A stretch of 62,012 bases of DNA, filler included, from Dimorphilus gyrociliatus (GCA_904063045.1; 4 parts of 4 records of this genome joined end to end with filler, not necessarily neighbours in it); one strand, 5' to 3'. Numbered from the whole stretch's first letter, positions 11,258 to 23,882 are shown. Notes: a model not told the origin generated them from the sequence alone. Numbers and translations: made by a program.

Positions 11258-12209
11258 CTATTTCTTGACATAGACATGACTTTGAGTTGAATACATCAAT
11301 TTATCAACCTTGCTATACAATCTACAAGCATTGGAGTGAACAGAAACAGCAACGCATCCTGAAGTTCTACTGCAAAAGCTTGAACAGGATTGAGGATCGC
11401 CATTGAAAGATAATTTCATGAAATTACCATCAATACTTCGATGAGGATGTGTTTCAAAATTGAATATTTTTCGTACTGAAATTTATAATTAAATTTAAAA
11501 AAATACATACATCAAAAAGATAAAAAACACATTAATACCAGTTTTGTCCTTCCTGTACATGAGATTGTCACTTCTGCTTCTATATTGGTAACTAGGCAAT
11601 AGTGTGTCTTTTAACCAGCACATCTTTCTTCTAAAGTTTATTGAGAAGGCTATGCACTTTGAATTGCTCTGACACCAAGCATGACACTTGGCTATTGTAG
11701 CATCAGTTATTATTTTTATATCATTTCCGGGTGATCCTTTTTTTTGAGTAATGTAATATTGGGGAAGAATATCTAAAATCATGAAATTTCTGGTTATAAT
11801 TTCTATATTTAAAATTTTTTAAAAAATTTTCAAAAATACTTGCATTCAGTTTTTCTAATGTATAATTTTGCTCCAATATTCTCTGTGATACATGATTCTG
11901 GAATCTTGTCATAAAGATAGCATCTTCTATCTTTGTATGCATAGCCAGCGAGTGTATAAGATTTGGCATATTCAGCAATACATAATGGAAATCTTGAGAC
12001 AAAGGTGGTTGCGATTGGCTTTGAACAGTACTTATTATTCATAATAGTCATATCGAAATGATAAGGTAGAGCTGAAGTAGGAAATAATTTAATTTAAAAA
12101 AAAAAGACAACACCAACAATTTCATACATAAAAAGTGAATAGTTAATATACCTGAAATATTGATGACAGCCATGCCCAATATGATTAAAAAGCTTACTGC
12201 TGACTTCAT
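11258..12209 (-). CDS. Secreted protein with three PAN/apple domains (4 exons)
   Basis: Signal-peptide exon MKSAVSFLIILGMAVINIS (12209-12152). PAN patterns CHAWCQSNSKCIAF..CWLK, CSSFCSRTSGCVAV..CRLY and a degenerate CYLY repeat. GT-AG joins. TAG at 11258-60. Confidence 0.75.
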
Positions 12210-12910
12210 TTTTTCTTCTACTGGAAAAAATCTGGAATATTTCTAAACTTCAACTGCAATGTATTTATATAAAAAAATTCTATTGTCTTTCTTTCCAGCT
12301 TTCTTTATTACTTTGTGCTTTCTCTTTGTTAGTAGAAACTGGAGGAGTTTTAATATACAAAAAACTTCAAAAACCATTTTGAATGTCTAGCTGAGTGGAA
12401 ATCATAAATTAAAAATACAAATGTTCTATTATTCTAAAACAGATGGCAAATAAAAATTTCTACATCTAATCCAATATAAAGGTCTTATGTATTGCAATGA
12501 AATAAAATAATTGTAAACAAGGTACTTAATCTATATTTAACTTTTTATTTACCTCAAAGCTGTACATTCTTTAGGTTAATTACAATTTAACAATAAAAGT
12601 TATTGAATTCTTAGTGGCACAATTTTTTCTTATTCAATGTCTAACATACATTAGCGTCATAGTAATTTTGTAATGTTTAAAATCTAAAGAGATTGCAAAA
12701 GGGCATTACTAAAATATGGTGTCCAGTCAATAGATGTAACATATTATTAAGTAGTTATTGTAACAAATTGTTTGGTTTTCTTCTGATTAGACAATCATCA
12801 TTTGTTAATCTATTTCCGGTGTATTTTGGATATAATAAATATATTCAAACACTATAAATGATAAGAGGTAGAATAGAAAATAAAATTGATAGGCAAACTA
12901 TGACGAATAC

Positions 12911-13006
12911 AACAGAAAACAGCCCCAACAGAAAATGGCAGCAAATGAACAGAAAACGGCCTCAACTGAGACAGAAAATGGCCCGAACTGGAACAGAAAA
13001 CGGCCA
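12911..13006. repeat. Five-unit irregular tandem array of ACAGAAAA(C/T)(G/A)GC
   Basis: Seen directly. The unit resembles the MITE TIR core AGAAAACGGCC/GACAGAAAAC. Confidence 0.75.
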
Positions 13007-13149
13007 CAGGATAATTCAACCTAAAATATATAAAACAAGAAATGAATTAAATTTTGAAAGTGCGTTTATTTGAACAGTTGAAGAGACTACAAGAGACTAC
13101 AACTTAAAAGACCATGCAATTCAACAACAATTGATTTATTTATTGATCT

Positions 13150-13560
13150 TCTAAATAAAGTTCAGAACACTTTACAAGAACTTCTGATGAAGTAATCTCA
13201 TGCTTTTCAAATCTTTCCCAAATTGAAAATAGTTTATTTTGCAGGTTCTTATCTTTTAATCAATAAGATCAGCAAGTTTATCAATTGATTTAAGGTAATC
13301 CTTAATTTTAATAACTCTATTGCTACAATTATATTATAGCAGTTGATTAATACACTGAAAAACAGTGAAATGAATATTAAATGCATTTCAGAGAAAATTT
13401 CAAGTTGAACTACCTTGAATAACAGATATTATGCTTTTTTCTTTTTTGATGACATGAATGCATATAGAAGAGGAACCTGTTTTAATTCACCTTCTTTTTT
13501 GATGAATGAGTGAAATGAAAATAACTGTGTAAATTGGTCCTTAACTTGCAATTGTCTTTT
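13150..13560 (-). mobile_element. Degenerate MULE transposase remnant (DDE core and C-terminus)
   Basis: My minus-strand translation gives DQFTQLFSFHSFIKKEGELKQVPLLYAFMS and QNKLFSIWERFEKHEITSSEVLVKCSELY, typical of animal MULE transposases. Confidence 0.7.
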
Positions 13561-14421
13561 CCAAAGCATTTTCTTGAACAAAATCATTATAGAGGTTTGG
13601 TTGAGTAGAATAGGGATTCACCATATTTTCAGGAATTGTAGCTGCACCAGTTGATCAATGGTATTGCAATAATCTGTTACTGTACTTTGTTGTATTGTAA
13701 TTGTAGGAATTTCTGCTTCTTCAGAACAGTATTTATGTCTAAGTGTATAGTTACCATCAACTATGGCTCCTCTACTCCTAATTCTCAAAATCAATTCGTT
13801 TTGTTTTTACAAGATACTCATCTACTTCCTTGCCTCTGGCTTTGTCATTTTCATGTACCAAAATAACATTCGTTGGAATATAATGAATATCCTTGTTTGG
13901 GCCAAAGAATCCAAAGAATATGAATTGAGCAAAATGAGCTGCTAGATCTAAATAAGAAGGTTTAAATAATTAGCTGATGGTCAAAGAACTAACTTGTCAA
14001 TTGTTCACTTCATAGGTTCTTTTAAAGGTTGATGGTTGACCAATTTCAATGTTAACAAAAACAAAAGTAACATTTGAAGAGAAAGAAAATTTTTAAATAT
14101 GCTCATCATTTTATTGTTTTCATCTTCTAAATAATAGTTGAATTTTGTGGGTTGGAGAGTTGCAAAACATGTAACAATTTTAATATGAGAAGTTCAACAA
14201 TGAACCTAACCCTAACCCTGTCATCACTTTGCAATTGGTGAAATGTCTAGTTTACATATATTTTTAGTAACAGGATGTTACACAGTCTCACATTTAGGAT
14301 GTACATCCAAGAATTTCTAACTATATTCTATTCTAGTCCAACAGAGGTTGGAATTTGGAAAATTGAAAATTTTTAGATTTCATCTGTAGAGAATATGTTA
14401 TTTTAATCATAATTTGCATAT

Positions 14422-15382
14422 TCATGCTTTTATTCTGGCATTAATAAATTCAATGACTCTCAATGAGACCTTTGCTAATGGATTTATTTCTCTATTACTT
14501 TGTATCAGCCATATTAGATAAATAATTTTACAAATTGATTGGTCACAATTGCATTTATACAAGCAGGTGTCGCCACTGCTTAAAATTTTACATTTAAGAA
14601 AATCACCACTCCATAAATCGCTAGCATGGAAATATTGATTATAGGCTTAAACATAAACCATTAGGAAAGGTCTCAACAATGAAATTTCACTACAATCAAA
14701 ATTAACTCCTTGTACTTCTACTAAAACTTTTGTAGTTTTTGGCTGAAAAATTTGATATAAAAATTTCTGCTCAAAAGTTACTGATGTAAGATTTGAGCAA
14801 GTTGAATATCTCTCTGGAATTGTTAAACCTCCAAGTTCACATATACTATCAATCATCTTGAAAGATTCCTTTCCCAAATGGATATTTGGCTCTGGAATTA
14901 CTGTTGATAAATTTGTAATTATTGAGCTGAATTTGAATGAACCAACACTCACAAGGTGACATAAAAGCTGAAGCAGTTTTGTCATTAAATGTAGATCCAG
15001 GATAGTAATAGTCAAGCATAATAGAGGGTGGACCCTCCTGAATAGAATATTGGTATTGGTTAGTTCTATATACTGAAGTTTGTAGAAAATGGCTAATAAT
15101 CCAGATAAAAATTCCTATTTCATACCAAACATATCAAATTTTTACAACTTTTTTAAAAATATCATTAGGAATGTATCTTGAACTCTTAAAACAACAACCT
15201 AATTGCAAGCAATCACTTGAATTGATACCATTCCAACCACATTCAATTGTCTCATCAACAGGATGAGTACAAACTTTACAAACCATATAAGGATATAGGT
15301 TTAAAAAGATATAAAAAAATAACAGAAATCTACTGTAATCCTTCATAGACAGATGAATGTTGTGTTTTTTTCTGAAAACCAA
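14422..15382 (-). pseudogene. Trefoil (P-type) domain secreted-protein paralog A, degenerate
   Basis: CGWNGINSSDCLQLGCCF, then exons homologous to 17137-17820. TAA at 14647-49 where paralog B has K, and homology continues to 14422. B's middle exon is missing. Confidence 0.7.
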
Positions 15383-15849
15383 AAAAATGGATACAATCTA
15401 CCTTATTTTTAAACATCCTATTTAGAACTGTAGGTCAGACATTTACAATACAATATAAAGACTTTTCAGTATGTTATTGACTAAACCACAGACTTAATGT
15501 CATCTTTGTATAGTAATTTCTAGTTTTTATGTTTTAAATGAAGTAATTGAATAAGGAGGGGGAAATTCTTTTCGTTTGATAACTCTTCAGTTAGGGTTAG
15601 ACTGACAAACACAAAAAATGAGAATTTTTTACTGCAGTTTCTAAATTAACATTTTTTTTTTGCCTAAACTCTATAGTATTTTATGCTAATCCAGCATAGG
15701 ATTTCTTAGGCTTTATAATATCAGCCTAATCCTAGTTGACCCTCATCTGGATAGTTGACCTCCAATATAAATATGAATATTGCTAAAATCTATTATTATG
15801 ATTTATGTTTAGAATTTATATTTACACTATATTTCATCCAAAAAATTGT

Positions 15850-16170
15850 GTTGTCAAGTTATAATTCAATTAGCCTTCCTAAAGTTGAACTTTCTAACAT
15901 CCTCTTACTAAAGATAACCATCAACTAGATAGTTTGGCAGTTGTAAACTAATGATTTGATATAAGAGGCAACCCTCAAAGTATATCAATCTTCACTGTTT
16001 TCTTAAAACAAGTCTTCTCCTCAATATTGGACAGTAGTTTGGTAACTTGGCAACCTACTGTTACCCACAATCTATTAAGCTTTCATATTCTAATTGCTTA
16101 AGTATTTTATTTCGAATAAACAACTTCAATTTTAGCACATTGGTTTCAAAATGTTTATACTGCAAACAAA
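15850..16170 (+). mobile_element. Diverged, internally deleted LTR copy
   Basis: Shares caagttataattcaatt..taacatcctcttactaaagata..tttggtaa..ggcaacct..gcttaagtatt..aataaa with 19515-19865. Confidence 0.7.
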
Positions 16171-16239
16171 TGATTCTGTTTAGAGCAAATGAAGGAGACA
16201 CGCTGTTTATGTAAATTGTTAAGGAAGGATTAAAAAGAA

Positions 16240-16461
16240 GATATGATTTATTAACAAAAAATGGCTTTACATTTGCAAAGAAGAAGAAATCACATAGATA
16301 GACAACATGGTGCTGCAGTGAAAAAACAGGAAAGTATAAATGTTCAGTTATTGTTCTACAAAAGGATCACATTTTTCGTGGATAGAACATTCACAGTGTG
16401 TTCTGAACCATTTCAGCAACTTTTCATAATTCACTCATTCATAAACAAAAATGCAAATTAA
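16240..16461 (+). mobile_element. MULE remnant: FLYWCH fused by deletion to the DDE start
   Basis: KNGFTFAKKKK..TWCC..CSV (FLYWCH) runs into FFVDRTFTVCSEPFQQLFIIHSFINK, compared with WFMDGTFKCVKDPFYQFFSI. Confidence 0.65.
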
Positions 16462-17136
16462 CCGTATTAACAAATGTAATTTTGGTAGAAATTAAACAAC
16501 AAAACACCAGTATTTTGTCCAAAGGCTATGTATTGAGTAAATGCGTTTTTACTTCTAAACAAGCAAGTTTAAACAACCAGTTAATGGTTAAAGAACTGAA
16601 CTGACAAGCTGTGGAAATGTATTTCCTTTTATGCATTTCCCAAAGCTTGGGTTCAATTGGTAAACTATATTTTACATTTGGTGTATTTTAACTGTAGGAA
16701 TATCTGGTTCGTCACAACAGCATTGGTCCTTTCACTGTTTCTCTTAGTGTTTTATATCATGTTTTATCTGAAAAATGGATGTGTTAATAGTTATATTTTA
16801 TAGGTGTTGTGCTTTGTAGACCAATATCTTATTCTTTATGGTTTAAAAATTAGGTCATTGATTCATTTTTGTGCATAAATTTTTCTAATTGTATTGTAGA
16901 ATTTAGGATATTTGGTAAAGGTTTTCTAATGTTATTAACTAGAACTCATTTTTAATTTCAAAAGAGGTGACCTTGAAATGAAATTAGAATCTAGAATAGA
17001 GGTTAAAAACATTTGGAATTTAAAAGTTGATTAATATTAAATCATCGAAGGAATTTGAATTTTGCTTTTTTTATTATTTTGAAAATGACTGCCAATAATA
17101 ATTCAAATTTGCGTTTTTTGTAAGATAATTCCATCT

Positions 17137-18286
17137 TCAAATACCAACAACACTGATATCGCATACAGACACTGCTGTTAGAGGATTCAATGACTTGTCA
17201 TAATTAATCAGCCATTTTAAATAGATGATTTTACATATTGAATGACCACAATTGCAAATATAAGAACATTTTCCATTTTGACCATCCAGGGTACAGATAA
17301 GAAATTTTCCACTCCAAAGGTCATTTCTGTTAAAATATTGAGTATTAGCTTTAACATAAACCATTACGTAAGGTTCTGTATTAGAAAATGAACAATCAAA
17401 ATTCACTCCACGTATTTCAACTTTAACTCTTGAATTTGCTGGTTCAAAAATTTGATATAAAAATTTCTGTTCAAAACTGTCAGAAGTTAAATTGTCGCAA
17501 GTGGAATATCTTTCCGGTTCCGTTAGACCACCTAATTTGCATATATTATCAATCATTCTGTACGAATGTATCCCCAAATTCAAGTGTACTTCCGGAATTA
17601 CTGGAAAAACATGCAATATTTTGTGTTTGAAAAAGTTTATAAATTCAAGTATTCAAAACTGACATGGCGACATAAATGCTGAACTGGTTTTATCATTAAA
17701 ATAGTAGGGATCACCTCCAATAATAATTTCGTCATCTCCTTCTATAGAATATTGATATTGGCTTGATCTGCATGTTTGTGACTGTACTTTGTCACTAATA
17801 ATCCAAATATACATACCTAGAAAAACAACTGTTCAATTTTTTGATTTTGGTTTGTTAATTATTAGTTTTTTTTACCGGAAACTTGAGCTCTTGATGCTCT
17901 ATTTCCAGGTGTACATTCATAGTACTTCTGTTTGGCATATTCAATTGGATGACCACTTGTCTTTGTATGCTCTATTAGCATAATTTCTCCTTATTTAAAA
18001 AAGAGATTTATTACAAATTTATTTCAACAATTCAAATGTCTGACATAGTGAAATTTGCATAAAAGTCAATTGTAAGAACCTTACCACCGGGCAGGAAACA
18101 GGGAATAGCATCATTTCCATTATAACAACAGCCAATATTTTGACAATTTGTTAATGATATTCCAGACCAACCGCATTCTATTCTTTCATTGACTGGTTGA
18201 GTGCAAATCATGGAACATATGGTTAGTCTAAAAAAAACAACTATTATGCAGAGATAATAAGTTTTCACTTCAGTTGTATTCCTCAT
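17137..18286 (-). CDS. Trefoil (P-type) domain secreted-protein paralog B, multi-exon, apparently intact
   Basis: CTQPVNERIECGWSGISLTNCQNIGCCYNGNDAIPCF, then exons EIMLIEHT..AQVS, GMYIWIIS..AFMSP and IPEVHLNLG..CDISVVGI with GT-AG joins. Confidence 0.7.
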
Positions 18287-19319
18287 TTTGTGTCTGATGT
18301 CTGAGTGGAATTTAAAAGGTGCACACCAGTCTAGATGTCAAGAGAAGAAGCTACATTCTTTTCTTTACTTGGAACTACCAATCTATATTGCGGCATGAAT
18401 ATATTACAGTTATCGCCTGCACTTCACAGAATATAATATATTTTGCTTTTACTCTTCTAAAAATAGCAAATATTTCTCAATTACTAAATGAATTTTGTTT
18501 GATAGGATATGAGAGATTGACCTTCAATATTTTAATCTTGGCAGACAACATTCGATTCTATTATCTGAATCCAATGTTTCAAAGTATGATTATTAAATTC
18601 TACAGCATGTCAATCGTGACTTTTAAATTATGGAAAAAGCCAACCTTTAAATTATGGAAAAAGCCAAATTTCTGTCAATTTTTTCTTTGAATGTTCAAGT
18701 TGTCAATTTTATCATTATCTTATTATTTCAAGTCCAAATACCTTCTCTACTTGATCAATGATTTTTGATTCTCAGTTAACTAGTAAACATTTCTTGTATA
18801 TTTTAAATAAATGACATTGTAGTTGGCATTTCAACTTGGCTAATGTGGAGTACATTTGTCTATGGACTCTTGTCTTTTTTTAATTAATAAATGAAATTGA
18901 AAATCGTGATAAAGCATTAACAGATTTTAACAATTGTTCAGAAGATTATTGTTATTGTATTCCTATTATTAAAATTGCAAAAAACAGATATTTCTATCAA
19001 TGGTAGGGAAAATTGCACAAGCCGAGCTGATGAAAAAATCTGCAATTTACCTATTAGAAAAGACAAAAACTATAATGATATAAATTGTTAAATTGCCATT
19101 CAAATGAGTACTATATTTTGGGAAATGGAACTGTTGAAAGCACCCATTTTGATATTATTCTTGGGTGAGACAAAACATCCAAGCAATTATATTTATAATT
19201 AGGAACAATGAAATCCTTTAAAAGTGGGTCCAAGGTTAGGGTTAGAGTTAGGGTTGTAGGCAATTTTAACAATAGCCTTTAGGCAAAATCAAAAAATTCT
19301 ATAGAATTTCCATTCCTAT

Positions 19320-19954
19320 TGTACAACTTTGGTTATATTTTACATGCTTGAACTCTATTATTTTATGCAACTTATACATGTACATCTTAAAACCTATGCA
19401 AGAAAATGCTATAACATTGGCCAAACATAAGTCTTATTAGTCAGCTTGAAGGCTCATCTTTAATTACCAATAAAGGTTTGGCCAAGTTATAATTTAATTA
19501 ACTTGCCTAGGGTGTCGCCAAGTTATAATTCAATTAACCTTCCTAAATGTTCAACCTTGTAACATCCTCTTACTAAAGATAAATATGAACTACACATTTT
19601 GGCAACTGTAAAGTGATGATTGGATGTCAGAGGCAAACCTCAAAGTATATAAATCCTCACTATTCACATTTGGCCTGCAGCTTCCATCTGGACCCAAGGA
19701 CCTGGGAAAATCATCTGGAAACAACCTCCACTGGAACCATCCATCTACTCCTCAACATTGGAAGACAGTTTGGTAATTTGGCAACCTGCTTTTATGAACT
19801 ATCTACTCTGCCATCAAACTCTCATATTGTTACTTGCTTAAGTATTATTATTGCTAATAAACTGTTTTAATTTAAACATTTGTTTAAAGGTTCAAGTAGA
19901 ACCAGTATTGTTATAACTTGCAAACACACAGATTTTGCCAGCAAGAGCAGTACA
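19320..19954 (+). mobile_element. 5' LTR (635 bp) of a Ty3/Gypsy-like retrotransposon, without the mariner
   Basis: TGTACA..AGTACA termini, TATATAAA at 19646, AATAAA at 19856, followed by PBS and gag. Confidence 0.88.
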
Positions 19955-19958
19955 AATT

Positions 19959-19976
19959 TGGTGCAGTTGACAGGAT
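19959..19976 (+). promoter_or_regulatory. Primer-binding site TGGTGCAGTTGACAGGAT
   Basis: TGG-initiated 18-mer 4 nt after the LTR end and before gag. The priming tRNA is not identified. Confidence 0.7.
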
Positions 19977-20014
19977 AATATTTTGGTTTATTCAAAAGTT
20001 TAGAGAAAGTAAAT

Positions 20015-20783
20015 ATGGCAGAAGGAGGAAATGGAAATGCCACTGGGGCAGTTACAGACTCTAACCCTTCAACCCCAGCAACTCCTGTTTTAAAATATCT
20101 ATGAGCATATAAAATGAGCCTTCTGCAGGAGTCTTTTCATATATTCTTATGTGCCATCCTTCACAATTCAGCCAGCAGGAATGTCAGAAAGGCAACAAAG
20201 ACTAATTGAAGACTATGATAGATTGGTGAGTGAAATGAAAAGAAATTGAATCACAATTCCAACAGATCATGGAGATGGAACACATCACCCAGCACAGAAC
20301 CCAAATGTTGATATCACAACAGTAATTCAAGCATTAAGGGCTGCTTGGGACCGCCCTCAAAGAACTATTCTCAAGTTGTATGATGGAAGCAAGGAGTGTT
20401 CAAAATTCAAAGAAGACTTTAATCAGGCATGTTATGCTTATGGTTGGATAGGAGAAGATGTTGTGAAAGCAAATCTTTTAGATTATTTAACTGGTCCTGC
20501 AAAGGATTTGGTGTTGGCTCTGGATGGAGAGACTACTGTGGAGGAAATATGGAAAGCCCTCCATGACGAATTTGATCTGGATCCTTTGGAGTATCAAGAG
20601 AAATTGCTTAACTTAAAGCAAATGAATGGCAAAAGTGTGGTTCAGTTTGTTAATAGAGCAAAGAAATTGATAAAGAGGTTTTCTCCACCTAGACCAATGG
20701 AACCACAATTGCTTGCAACTATGAAAGAAATAAAACTGATGGAAGTTTTACAAAGAGGATTACAACAGGATATTCTACATTTG
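20015..20783 (+). pseudogene. Ty3/Gypsy-like gag, early stop, cut by contig end
   Basis: MAEGGNG start, stop near 20102, then the capsid-like frame FKEDFNQACYAYGW..LLDYLTGPAKD..LLNLKQMNGKSVVQFV. Confidence 0.75.
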
Positions 20784-20883
20784 NNNNNNNNNNNNNNNNN
20801 NNNNNNNNNNNNNNNNNNNNNNNNNNNTTAATTAATTAANNNNNNNNNNNNNNNNNNNNNNNNNNNNNNNNNNNNNNNNNNNN
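20784..20883. other. Artificial contig spacer
   Basis: 44 N + TTAATTAATTAA (stops in all six frames) + 44 N. Confidence 0.97.
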
Positions 20884-21781
20884 AAGGCAACTATTTAATG
20901 ATTACATCAGAATAAATGAGTTTTTTTCCACAAAATCTTTTTCACAAAATCCCCAAACAATAGCATGTCTTTACTCTTATCCCATTGTATATCATGTTTG
21001 AAATAAGGAATTCTAAGATAGTATAAGTTTGATTTTTTCTGAAAATGGTTAACAAATAAGGAATTTACACTTGTCATCAATTCAATAATTATGCATTTAC
21101 ATTCAAATAAATTTGTTTTTGTAGATTTGATATTTGTGTAGATAGACAACTGTTATACATGAATACAAATGCTTTATTTATATGATATATACACTTGAAA
21201 TATCCCAGTGTATAAAAGAACTAACTCTTCGTTCATATAAAGTTGTTGATAATTTTCAAGATAATCAGACTTGAAAATATAATTTTTTTCCAAGCCATTG
21301 AATTTATCAATTACTGTTTTTGCATACAAATATTAAAAATTTAACATTGTTAGGTTTAATGTGTTAGAGCTATAATTATGCAGCTTACAGGTTTCTTCTC
21401 TTTTTACCAGTAATATCTCTAGTTCGTCTTGTCTTCACAAAAATACGCAAAATTGAACAGTTGATGTAAAAATGGGTTAAAAATTAATAAAAACCTTTTC
21501 TTAAATTGAATATGCCTTTTTATTTTCATTTCATTGACTGAATACAACATTGGGTTTAGTACTGGATTGAGGGGAATTAACAATCCTAGAATTATTACAT
21601 AAATATCATTTTTGATGTTTAGATCAATGAAAACTGATAGAATTGCTGATAAAAAGAGAAAAAGATGAATATGAACATGAGCAAGGAAGTTTCTTTAATT
21701 TTCTTTGTCGAATTACTGTCCTATTTTCATTAATGTTTGGTAGGCAATCAGTAGATGTTGTTGATTGGCTAAGATTTCAGA

Positions 21782-23075
21782 TTAGTGAACATAGTCCGAT
21801 ATGGTTTTAGGATGTATTAGTTGAACCAATGGAAGGAGATGGCATTCATTCGACAATCTTCTTGTAATAGTTGATTCAATTTCAATATTATCAACTTTAA
21901 CATTATTTGAGTTCCCTTGAATATTTTCATTGAAAATGAATGTCTTTTTTCCAATATCTCCAATTAATCCTCCAAGGTTTTCATAAAATATATTAATATG
22001 TTCAAAGTAAACATTGAGAAATGTGCCACTGTATGCTTTAAATTCTTTTTTGACAATTGTAACTAATTTGAATTGTTTATAAAATGTTTCAATATGAATT
22101 TCTTCAGTTGACTTAACATGAATATTGGCTAAGCGAACTTTGTATTTAACCAAATTGAACCATTTCAATTTTTTGTCATTGATTTGAATGAATGAGTTAT
22201 CAACAATGATCACCCCACCTTTATATTGAATAATAATCTGATGCATGTAATAATCGTCTTTAAGGATGCCTTGAACACTTGTATTAGTTGAATTATCATT
22301 CAAAATATAAATTGATTGACCACTTCTGCCTACAATGTCGTAACAAATATTCCTCAGTCTCTTAGTTCTGGAATCAATGACCTTTTGGGAGAAATGAGGA
22401 TCACCACCCGCATTTGGATCAACTGCAGTGAATAAAAATAAAATAATCAATCTATAAATAAGAATATCTTAAAAATTTTACCGCTTGGACAATTGTTCAT
22501 TCCAGGCAGGGTTTCTGGTCTCTCAAACCAATAATTTGGAATATATGTTTCGAATTTAAAACATTTTGAAAATGAAACTGCAGTACTAGAAAAGTAGAGA
22601 ACTTTATTGTCCCATTCTGGTACTTTATCAGAAAATTTATTTGGATCATTCTGAATAGGTGATAAAACAACAGCATCTATTATATCTTCTTTTATATAGT
22701 TGGCATATGTAGTTTCAGTATTTGGTGCTTGTTCTAAAAGTTTTTTGTAAAGTATGATTAGAGTTATAAATTGTTAAATAGAAATTTCTTTACTATCTTA
22801 CCTTGATACATAACAATTAGAAATTGATCACTTGATGGAAAGTCAGTAAAGTCTATTGACAAAACAGTTAGACCGGCAGTAGAGGCATGGTTAGGATGAT
22901 AGCTGTGAACCACAGTCTTGGTGGATGAGATAATATACACCTGAATATTATCCAAACTACCAGGAAAAGCAATATATTCAACTTTTGCTGATGCCAAACC
23001 AATTTCATTTAAAAATATTTTGGTTGATTTAGAACAAACGAGTAAGGTAAAATACAATAAATATTTTAAAATCAT
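21782..23075 (-). CDS. Secreted protein with C-terminal ITIH-C/VWD-like domain, multi-exon
   Basis: Hydrophobic N-terminus MILKYLLYFTLLVCS. The last exon has GGDPHF..NICYDIVG..SVQGIL, matching the GDPHF..CF motif of ITIH C-termini. Confidence 0.6.
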
Positions 23076-23493
23076 TATTTTAATGTTTAAAATACTTTAT
23101 TGAAACTAAACTTCATACTAATCTGCTTGCTCCTTTTATATTTTAAAATTTCTATTAATCCTTAAATTCTCACGGTTAGGGTGGAAAAAATTATGAATAG
23201 TTTAACAATATAAAACCTTTTTTTTCATTCATAGCTATTCATCAATCTATTTTTATAAAATGTCCCATTTTGAATGCAATACATAAAGATTTTATTGGCC
23301 AATTTTCTTAAAGGTTTCTAAATGCTTAAAAATTAAATGAAATTCTTTCAATAATATTGTCATTGTAGTCATGTAAGGAAAAAGTTTTCTATTACTCCTA
23401 CCTCGTAAATACCTTAAAAATTAATAAATGTAATGTTCATCTTTTAAATGTTTGAAATTCTAAATAATTGAATAGAACATCATTGTTGTTGAA

Positions 23494-23683
23494 GGATGTG
23501 GTAGAAAACGGCCATAAATGTATGGTTTTACCCTAACCCTAACCCAGCCCCTTGTTTTTGCCTAACCTTTTTGAATACCCCTAACCCTTAGATGGGACCG
23601 TCCTATCTTATTCCTCCTAACCATTTCCCAGGCTGAAATCTAACTTTCAAATATTTCATTTATGGCCGTTTTTGACAGGTCCC
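23494..23683 (-). mobile_element. TTAGGG-bearing MITE copy 1
   Basis: Inverted AAAACGGCCATAAATG, internal CCCTAACCCTAACCC, 9-bp TSD GTTGTTGAA (23485-93, 23684-92). Confidence 0.85.
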
Positions 23684-23882
23684 GTTGTTGAAGTGTTGAA
23701 TGTTCACTTGCTGTTTTAAAATGAAGACTTTGTCAAAAATAATAATTCTCTCTTTTTTAAGTCTAAAATTTCAAAATTTAGGTAAAATATTATATTTTGG
23801 AATTAAATTGTAAAATTGATAATCAATCATCTCTTCCTAACAGAAGCGACTATCTGTTCAAGTTCAAAAAATTGTTCAAATT

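Noticed and set aside
12911-13006. CRISPR-like array (also 48964-49064)
   Set aside because: Units are 13-20 bp with tiny related spacers, no cas genes are present, and the context is eukaryotic.
17653-17655. In-frame TGA in trefoil paralog B (possible readthrough or selenocysteine)
   Set aside because: It falls inside a short intron (GTCAGT..TTCCAG) conserved in paralog A (GTGAGT..CAACAG).
18960-19060. LDLa-like scrap NGRENCTSRADEKIC
   Set aside because: Surrounded by stops with no coherent gene model, so too weak to list as a feature.
20828-20839. TTAATTAATTAA as a biological motif
   Set aside because: Identical and centred in all three N runs, so it is an artificial linker.
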